This document shows, piece by piece, positions 27,057 to 33,285 of a stretch of DNA of 33,285 nt. The notes beneath the pieces were generated by a model, which was not told the origin of the DNA, did not search any database, and saw only the letters and a program-made list of their open reading frames with translations. Source of the DNA: Luteimonas sp. (GTDB lineage: Bacteria; Pseudomonadota; Gammaproteobacteria; Xanthomonadales; Xanthomonadaceae); assembly GCA_035765815.1 (NCBI GenBank), contig DASTWT010000206.1, forward strand, positions 1-33,285, in the 5' to 3' direction. The position numbers and the translations under genes are program-made. Numbering within the stretch: position 1 is the stretch's first letter; every line of letters begins with the position of its first letter.

Positions 27057-29471
27057 ATGCCCCCTATCCAGCGCCGCAAGCACGCGGCCCCGTCCCGCCC
27101 CGCGCCCGGCTCCCTCCCCCTCGCCGCCGCGCTGATGACCGGCCTCGCCCTGGCCACGCCGTTCGCGGCGGCGGCCCAGGACGCGCCCGCCCCCGCCCCC
27201 GCGCCCGCGCCCGGCGCCGAAGACACGGCCGGCGCCCCGTCCGCCGGCGGCCCGTCCGCAGGCGACCAGGTCCGCACGCTCCGCCAGGTCGAGGTGGTCG
27301 GGGATGCGGTGCGCCGCGACAAGCTCGCCTCCCCGCGGTTCACCCAGACCCTGCAGGACACGCCGCAGACCATCGAGGTGATCGGCAAGGAACTGCTGCA
27401 GCAGCAGGGCGCCACCACGCTCACCGAAGCGCTGCGCAACAGCCCGGGCGTCGGCACCTTCTACGCCGGCGAGAACGGGGCCACCAGCACCGGCGACACC
27501 TTGTACATGCGCGGCTTCGACAGCTCGGGCAGCATCTTCGTCGACGGCGCGCGCGACCTCGGCGCGGTCTCGCGCGACCTGTTCAACATCGAGCAGGTGG
27601 AGGTGGTGAAGGGTCCCGCCGGCACGGACACCGGCCGCTCGGCGCCGACCGGCTCGATCAACATGGTGAGCAAGCAGGCCAACCTGTCCGAGGGCACGAG
27701 CGCAAGCGCGTCCTTCGGCGCCGACGGACAGCGCCGCGCCACCGCCGACATCAACGCGACGCTGGGCGCGACCAGCGCGCTGCGCGTCAACGCGCTGTGG
27801 CAGGACAGCGACGTCGTCGGCCGCCATCGCGTGAACAACTCGCGGCGCGGCATCGCACCCTCGCTGGGCTTCGGCCTGGGCACCGGCACGCGCGTGTTCC
27901 TCGACCTCCTGTACGTCGAACAGGACAACATCCCCGACGGCTTCGTGCCGACGATCGGCCTGCCGGACTGGCTGCCGCAGCCCGGCCTCGAGCAACTCGC
28001 CGGGCATCCGGTCGATCCGCACGGCTACTACGGCAGCCCGCTCGACCACGACGACGTGACCGCGAAGATGGCGACGCTGCGCTTCGAGCACGACTTCTCC
28101 GCCACCCTCAAGCTCGCCAACACGCTGCGCTGGGGCAGTACCGCGCAGGACTACTTCATCACCTCGTACACCGCCACCGGCGGCACCGCGGGCGACGAGC
28201 AGGCCGGCCACATCCACTGGACCGACAAGGACGACCTGTCGACCTACACCCTGGACCGCACGAACTTCAGTACGCGCGACCAGCGCAACCGCATCCTCAC
28301 CGACCAGCTCAACCTGCGCGCCGACTTCAACACCGGCGCGGTCGCGCATTTCCTCACCACCGGGCTGGAGCTCACCCGCGAGGAACAGCGGTCGAACGCC
28401 ATCGCCACCAGCGGCAGCCTGCCGCCGATCGGGCTGTACGACCCGGACTGGGCCGACGCCGGCACGCTGGAATACCACCGCAGCGGCGCGGTCTCCAACG
28501 GCCGCACCGACACCACCGCGGCCTATCTGTTCGACACCCTGAAGTTCGGCGAACGCTTCCTGTTGAGCGCCGGCGTCCGCGCCGATCATTACACGACCGA
28601 CTACGACGCCACCGCCGTCTGCACCACGACCGTTCCGCTGCCGCGCAACGGCGTCGCCTGCCCGGCCGGGGTGGCCAATGGAACGGTCGTGCCCTCGGCC
28701 GACCTGCGCGCGTCCGGCACGCTGCTCAACTACAAGCTCGGCGCCGTCTACAAGCCGGTCGAATCGCTGAGCCTCTACGCGAACGCCGCGCTGTCGCAGC
28801 AGCCGCCCGGCAGCGCCAACTTCAGCCTGAGCACCGCGGCCAACAGCGCCGACAACATCGACAACGATCCGCAGAAGGCCAGGACCTACGAGGTCGGCGC
28901 CAAATGGCTCGTCGCCCCCCATGCCGCCACGCTGAACCTCGCGCTGTTCCGCACCGACGTGACCAACGAGATCGCCGCCGATCCCGATGCGCCGGGCGGC
29001 TACTCGCAGACCGGCAGGAAGCGCGTGCAGGGGATCGAGGCCTCGCTCGTCGGCAACATCACCGACCACTGGGACCTGTCGCTGGGTTACCTGCACCAGG
29101 ACGCGAAGATCGAGGAAGGCCCCAACCTCGCCGCGGACGGGACGAGCAACCTGACCTACACGCCCGCGAACGCCTTCACCGGCTGGAGCAGCTACCAGTT
29201 CGCCTCGGGCCTGACCCTCGGCGGCGGCATCCGCTACACCTCGGGCCTGCACAAGGGCACCGACGGCGCGGTCGGCACGCCGGCCCGCACCCGGTCGTGG
29301 GTGGTGTACGACGCGGTGGTCTCCTACCCCGTCGGCGACCGCCTCACGCTGCGCCTGAACGCCTACAACCTGTTCGACAAGCGCTACGTGGCCTCGATCA
29401 ACAAGAGCGGCTACCGCTACGCCCCGGGCACGCCGCGCACCTTCCTGCTGAGCGCCGATTTCGTCTTCTGA
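27057..29471 (+). CDS. fiu: TonB-dependent siderophore receptor (Fiu/PiuA-like)
   Basis: [19 protein letters not shown]...[20 protein letters not shown] plug; NLFDKRY...[12 protein letters not shown]-terminus; followed by piuC. Start chosen at MPPIQRRKH, downstream of the promoter. Confidence 0.88.
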   Translation: MPPIQRRKHAAPSRPAPGSLPLAAALMTGLALATPFAAAAQDAPAPAPAPAPGAEDTAGAPSAGGPSAGDQVRTLRQVEVVGDAVRRDKLASPRFTQTLQDTPQTIEVIGKELLQQQGATTLTEALRNSPGVGTFYAGENGATSTGDTLYMRGFDSSGSIFVDGARDLGAVSRDLFNIEQVEVVKGPAGTDTGRSAPTGSINMVSKQANLSEGTSASASFGADGQRRATADINATLGATSALRVNALWQDSDVVGRHRVNNSRRGIAPSLGFGLGTGTRVFLDLLYVEQDNIPDGFVPTIGLPDWLPQPGLEQLAGHPVDPHGYYGSPLDHDDVTAKMATLRFEHDFSATLKLANTLRWGSTAQDYFITSYTATGGTAGDEQAGHIHWTDKDDLSTYTLDRTNFSTRDQRNRILTDQLNLRADFNTGAVAHFLTTGLELTREEQRSNAIATSGSLPPIGLYDPDWADAGTLEYHRSGAVSNGRTDTTAAYLFDTLKFGERFLLSAGVRADHYTTDYDATAVCTTTVPLPRNGVACPAGVANGTVVPSADLRASGTLLNYKLGAVYKPVESLSLYANAALSQQPPGSANFSLSTAANSADNIDNDPQKARTYEVGAKWLVAPHAATLNLALFRTDVTNEIAADPDAPGGYSQTGRKRVQGIEASLVGNITDHWDLSLGYLHQDAKIEEGPNLAADGTSNLTYTPANAFTGWSSYQFASGLTLGGGIRYTSGLHKGTDGAVGTPARTRSWVVYDAVVSYPVGDRLTLRLNAYNLFDKRYVASINKSGYRYAPGTPRTFLLSADFVF

Positions 29472-29481
29472 GGAGGCTGCG

Positions 29482-30201
29482 ATGCTGCTGCACATCCCCG
29501 GCGTGCTCGAACGCGAACAGCTCGCGCGCATCCGCGCGGCGCTGGAGGCGGCCGACTGGGTGGACGGCCGGCAGACCGTGGGTGCACAGGGCGCGCAGGT
29601 CAAGCGCAACCTGCAGCTCGCGGAAGACTCGCCGCTGCGGCGCGAGCTCGGCGCGGTCGTGCTCGCGGCGCTGGCGCGCAACCCGCTGTACTTCGCCGCC
29701 GCGCTGCCGCTGCGCACGCTGCCGCCGCGCTTCAACCGCTACGAAGGCGGCGGCGCCTATGGCGCGCACGTCGACGGCGCGGTGATGGCGCTGCCCGCCG
29801 GCGCGGACGGCGGCCTGCCGGGCGAGTCCGGCTACGTGCGCAGCGACCTGTCGTGCACGCTGTTCCTCAGCGAACCCGACGAGTACGACGGCGGCGGCCT
29901 GGTCGTCGACGACACCTACGGCGAGCACGAAGTGAAGCTGCCCGCCGGCGACCTGATCCTGTATCCCTCGGGCAGCCTGCACCGGGTCGAACCGGTGACG
30001 CGCGGCGCGCGCATCGCCTCGTTCTTCTGGATCCAGAGCATGGTGCGCGACCTCGAGCAGCGGCAGCTGCTGTTCCAGCTCGACACCTCGATCCAGGCGC
30101 TGGCCGCTGTCGGCGCCGACGCGTCGCCGGACAGTCGCGACGCGCTGCTGCGCCTCACCGGCATCTACCACAACCTCCTCCGGCGCTGGGCCGAGACCTG
30201 A
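29482..30201 (+). CDS. piuC: PKHD-type Fe(II)/2-oxoglutarate dioxygenase (PiuC/YbiX)
   Basis: [59 protein letters not shown]. Confidence 0.93.
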   Translation: MLLHIPGVLEREQLARIRAALEAADWVDGRQTVGAQGAQVKRNLQLAEDSPLRRELGAVVLAALARNPLYFAAALPLRTLPPRFNRYEGGGAYGAHVDGAVMALPAGADGGLPGESGYVRSDLSCTLFLSEPDEYDGGGLVVDDTYGEHEVKLPAGDLILYPSGSLHRVEPVTRGARIASFFWIQSMVRDLEQRQLLFQLDTSIQALAAVGADASPDSRDALLRLTGIYHNLLRRWAET

Positions 30202-30205
30202 CCCC

Positions 30206-30847
30206 ATGACCAAGGCGAAACCGAACGTCGCCGCGCGCCCGCGCGGCAACCACCGCACCTACCGCTGGATCCGCCAGCTGCACCTCTGGATCGGCGCCTG
30301 GGGCGCGATCGCGGCGATCGTCTACGGCTACACCGGCCTGGTGATGAACCACCGCATGGGCGACAACGCCTGGCCGCAGGGGGACAGCGTCGAAGCCGGA
30401 CGCGTCGTGCTCGATGTGCCCGCCGCGGCGCGCGCCTCGGCCGAGGACCTGTCGAAATGGCTGCTGAAGTCGCAGGGCCTCGACGCGCAGACGATCCGCA
30501 AGGGCGCGCCGCGCGGCGCGCCGGAGGGCGCCGCCGAACAATGGAACCTCTCGGGGGGCAACGCGCGCCAGTCGTGGGCGCTGCAATACAAGCCCGGCGA
30601 CGCCACCGCGGAGATCAGGCACAACCGGCAGAGCTGGCTGGCCGCGTTCAACCGCCTGCACAAGACGGTCGGCGGCGGCTTCGCCTGGGTGCTGCTCGCC
30701 GACAGCTTCGCGATCGCGATGCTGCTGCTCGGCTTGTCGGGCATCTGGATGTGGGCGCGCGGCCGCACGCCGAAACAGCTGGCGGTGAGCGTGTTCGCCG
30801 CCTCGCTGCTCGTGCTCGCGGCGGTGCTCGGGCCGGCGCTGGCCTGA
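30206..30847 (+). CDS. PepSY-associated TM helix protein
   Basis: RQLHLWIG, TGLVMNH, NRLHK, LSGIWMW: His-bearing TM helices. Confidence 0.85.
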   Translation: MTKAKPNVAARPRGNHRTYRWIRQLHLWIGAWGAIAAIVYGYTGLVMNHRMGDNAWPQGDSVEAGRVVLDVPAAARASAEDLSKWLLKSQGLDAQTIRKGAPRGAPEGAAEQWNLSGGNARQSWALQYKPGDATAEIRHNRQSWLAAFNRLHKTVGGGFAWVLLADSFAIAMLLLGLSGIWMWARGRTPKQLAVSVFAASLLVLAAVLGPALA

Positions 30848-30862
30848 CGGCGGCGCCGTTGC

Positions 30863-31516
30863 TCAGTCGGCGGCGTCGCCGTTCCCGCCGTCCGCCGCGC
30901 CGGTCGCAGGCAGGCCTGCCGGAAGCAGGCGGATCACCAGCAGCTCGCCGCCGCCGTCGAGCGGGTAACGCCGGCGCGAAGCGGCACCTCCCGGCAGCAG
31001 GAGCGTGTCGCCCTGCGCCGCGTCCACGGTCGCGCCGCCGTCCTGGAGACGAACCTGCCCGGCGAGCACGTGCAGCGCCCAGGTGCTCGCCGGTTCCGCG
31101 AACAGCAGCATCGAACCGACCAGTGGCCGGTGCCACAGCCGCGCCTCGACGGCTTCGCGCTTCCACATCAGGTTGAAGTCGCGCGTCGGTCCGTCGACCA
31201 GTTCGCCGCGCAGCGCGCGCTCGCCGGAAAAGCGCAGGCGCTCGTGCGGCGGATGCAGCTCGACGAGTTCGCCGTCGTCGAAGCGCAGGCGCAGGCCGTT
31301 GCCTTCCAGCAACACCAGCTCGCGGTCCACGCCGTGAAAGGCGGAGAACGGCGCGTCCTCGTCGATCTCGGCGATCGACAGCCGCCAGTCCCAGCCCTTC
31401 CCGCCTGCCGCAGGATGCGCGTGGATCTCGCGGGTCCAGCCCGCGCCGTTGCGCCAGCGCTCGCGCCTGTAGTCCTGCGCGCGCAGCAGGCGCGGCGCGT
31501 CGTCGTCCGGTTCCAT
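30863..31516 (-). CDS. HutD/Ves family cupin protein
   Basis: RWRNGAGWTREI, WRLSIAEI, PFSAFHGVDR, GPTRDFNLM. Confidence 0.88.
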   Translation of the reverse strand: MEPDDDAPRLLRAQDYRRERWRNGAGWTREIHAHPAAGGKGWDWRLSIAEIDEDAPFSAFHGVDRELVLLEGNGLRLRFDDGELVELHPPHERLRFSGERALRGELVDGPTRDFNLMWKREAVEARLWHRPLVGSMLLFAEPASTWALHVLAGQVRLQDGGATVDAAQGDTLLLPGGAASRRRYPLDGGGELLVIRLLPAGLPATGAADGGNGDAAD

Positions 31517-31590
31517 GCGCGCAGTGTAGCCGCCGGATGCGCGACCGCCGGCCCCGGCGAGGGGGGATAGGGCCGGCGGCCGCGCGGAAA

Positions 31591-31962
31591 TCACTTCCGC
31601 GCCGGAGGGCGCGCGGCCGGGCGTGCGGCGGGACGCGCCGGCCGCTGCACCGGCGCCGCGGCCGTGCCGAAGACGATGCGGTCGCGGTTCTTCTCGATGG
31701 TCTTCAGGCCGATGCCCTTGACCTGCGCCAGCTGCTCCGGGGTGTGGAAGGCGCCGTGCGCCTTGCGGTACGCGACGATCGCCTCCGCCTTCGAGCGGCC
31801 GATGTTCAGCAGGCCCGCATCGATGGTCGCGGCATCGGCGGTGTTGATGTTGACGCGATCGGCGGCGGACGCCGTCGCCGGCGCGGCGGCGCCCACCAGC
31901 GCGCTGGCGGCGAGCAGCATGCCCAGCGTGAGCGAGCGCGGCACGGCGGTGAAGGTCTTCAT
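31591..31962 (-). CDS. ComEA family helix-hairpin-helix DNA-binding protein
   Basis: Signal peptide, VNINTADA, IGRSKAEAIVAYR, LAQVKGIG; GGAGG-like RBS; basic Pro/Ala/Arg tail. Confidence 0.9.
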   Translation of the reverse strand: MKTFTAVPRSLTLGMLLAASALVGAAAPATASAADRVNINTADAATIDAGLLNIGRSKAEAIVAYRKAHGAFHTPEQLAQVKGIGLKTIEKNRDRIVFGTAAAPVQRPARPAARPAARPPARK

Positions 31963-32145
31963 GGCTTTCCTCCCTGGCTGCGGCCTCGATCGGCCGATGG
32001 ATCCAGTCTTCCCTCGCGCCGCGCTGCGCGATATCGGCGAAACCCGCTTCCCGCCGCGGGAAAACGCCGTTCCCGGGGTAGGAAAAGGCCGTCGCGACAC
32101 GCCCCGGCGTAGAATCGACGGCTGATCCGCAACCCGGGAGCCCGC

Positions 32146-33285
32146 ATGCCCGCCAGCCAGTTCGATGCCGCGCGCGCCGACCGCTTCGTTTCCGCCAAGT
32201 GGGACGACGACATCGTCCCGCGCCTGGTCGAGTACATCCGCATCCCGAACAAGTCGCCGATGTTCGACGCGGACTGGGTCGCGCACGGGCACATGGATGC
32301 CGCGGTCGCGCTGATGGAGGGCTGGGCGAAGGCGCAGCCGATCGACGGCCTGGTCGTCGAGGTGGTGCGCCTGGAAGGCCGCACGCCGCTGATCTACCTC
32401 GAGGTGCCGGCGAACGGCCCGTCGGTCGGCGACGACTGCGTGCTGCTGTACGGCCACCTCGACAAGCAGCCCGAGATGACCGGCTGGGACGAGGACCTCG
32501 GCCCGTGGAAGCCGGTGCTCAAGGGCGACCGCCTGTACGGCCGCGGCGGCGCCGACGACGGCTACGCGATCTTCGGCTCGCTCGCGGCGCTGATGGCGCT
32601 GCGAGAACAGGATGCGCCGCACGCGCGCTGCGTGATCCTGATCGAGGCCTGCGAGGAGTCCGGCAGCTACGACCTGCCCGCCTACGTCGACCATCTCGCC
32701 GCCCGCATCGGCAAGCCGTCGCTGGTGGTGTGCCTCGACTCCGGCTGCGGCAACTACGAGCAGCTGTGGTGCACGACCTCGCTGCGCGGCCTCGCCGGCG
32801 GCAACCTCACCGTCAAGGTGCTGGAGGAAGGCGTGCACTCCGGCGACGCCTCCGGCATCGTGCCGTCGAGCTTCCGCCTGCTGCGCCAGCTGCTGTCGCG
32901 CATCGAGGACGAGGACACCGGTCGCATCCTGCTCGACGGCCTCCATTCGCCGATCCCCGACGACCGCCGCGCGCAGGCGACCAAGGTCGCGCAGGTGCTC
33001 GGCGAGGAAGTGTTCGACAAGTTCCCGCTGCTGCCCGGCATGACGCCGATGTCGGACAGGCTCGACGAGCTCGTGCTCAACCGCACGTGGCGCCCGGCGC
33101 TGTCGATCACCGGCGCCGACGGCATCCCGCCGCTGGCCTCGGCCGGCAACGTGCTGCGCCCGCAGACGTCGGTGAAGCTGTCGCTACGCCTGCCGCCCAC
33201 GCTCGACGGCAAGCGCGCCGGCGAGTTGCTGAAGGAAGCGTTGCTGCGCGACCCGCCGAACGGCGCGCAGGTCACGCTCGACCTC
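32146..33285 (+). CDS. M20 family metallopeptidase (3' end runs off the window)
   Basis: Manual translation from ATG 32146 (GGGAG RBS): YIRIPNKSP, LLYGHLDKQP, LYGRGGADDGY, IEACEESGS, EGVHSGDASG; open to the window end. Confidence 0.9.
   Translation, partial: MPASQFDAARADRFVSAKWDDDIVPRLVEYIRIPNKSPMFDADWVAHGHMDAAVALMEGWAKAQPIDGLVVEVVRLEGRTPLIYLEVPANGPSVGDDCVLLYGHLDKQPEMTGWDEDLGPWKPVLKGDRLYGRGGADDGYAIFGSLAALMALREQDAPHARCVILIEACEESGSYDLPAYVDHLAARIGKPSLVVCLDSGCGNYEQLWCTTSLRGLAGGNLTVKVLEEGVHSGDASGIVPSSFRLLRQLLSRIEDEDTGRILLDGLHSPIPDDRRAQATKVAQVLGEEVFDKFPLLPGMTPMSDRLDELVLNRTWRPALSITGADGIPPLASAGNVLRPQTSVKLSLRLPPTLDGKRAGELLKEALLRDPPNGAQVTLDL

Noticed and set aside
27181-27220. GCCCCC-like hexamer repeats in the receptor gene
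   Set aside because: They encode an Ala-Pro linker after the signal peptide; ordinary low-complexity coding sequence

Overview
Very GC-rich (about 70% or more by eye), gene-dense chromosomal segment. Gene content and order point to a Xanthomonadaceae (Lysobacter/Luteimonas-like) bacterium; this is an inference. Left to right: rmlA/rfbA (truncated) and rmlB/rfbB; ssb, divergent from ispB; a minus-strand run lysAC fusion-murL-murD2-dienelactone hydrolase (the racemase-independent D-Glu peptidoglycan route); PhzF-family gene; glycine-zipper protein; osmC, divergent from a second, atypical EF-G; an HU-family protein with a Lys-rich tail; a lipoprotein; a DUF5916-like outer-membrane protein and a secreted tandem retropepsin-like protease; a SET-domain protein; a cytochrome c lipoprotein; a SUF operon (Rrf2 regulator, sufB, an inserted LprI-like gene, sufC, sufD, sufS, GNAT, Rieske ferredoxin); a Fur-boxed fiu/piuA-piuC-PepSY iron-uptake unit; HutD-family, ComEA-family and M20 peptidase (truncated) genes. 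No rRNA, tRNA, CRISPR array or mobile element was recognised. The most notable unexplained signal is a 30-bp intergenic element (26/30 identical) sitting at exactly the same offset (47 bp) from the start codons of both the protease and the DUF5916 gene. Other leads are a SET protein with an NHS->NFS motif change near a histone-like HU, a 9-bp-periodic repeat in the HU leader, and the secreted LprI-like gene inside the suf operon.
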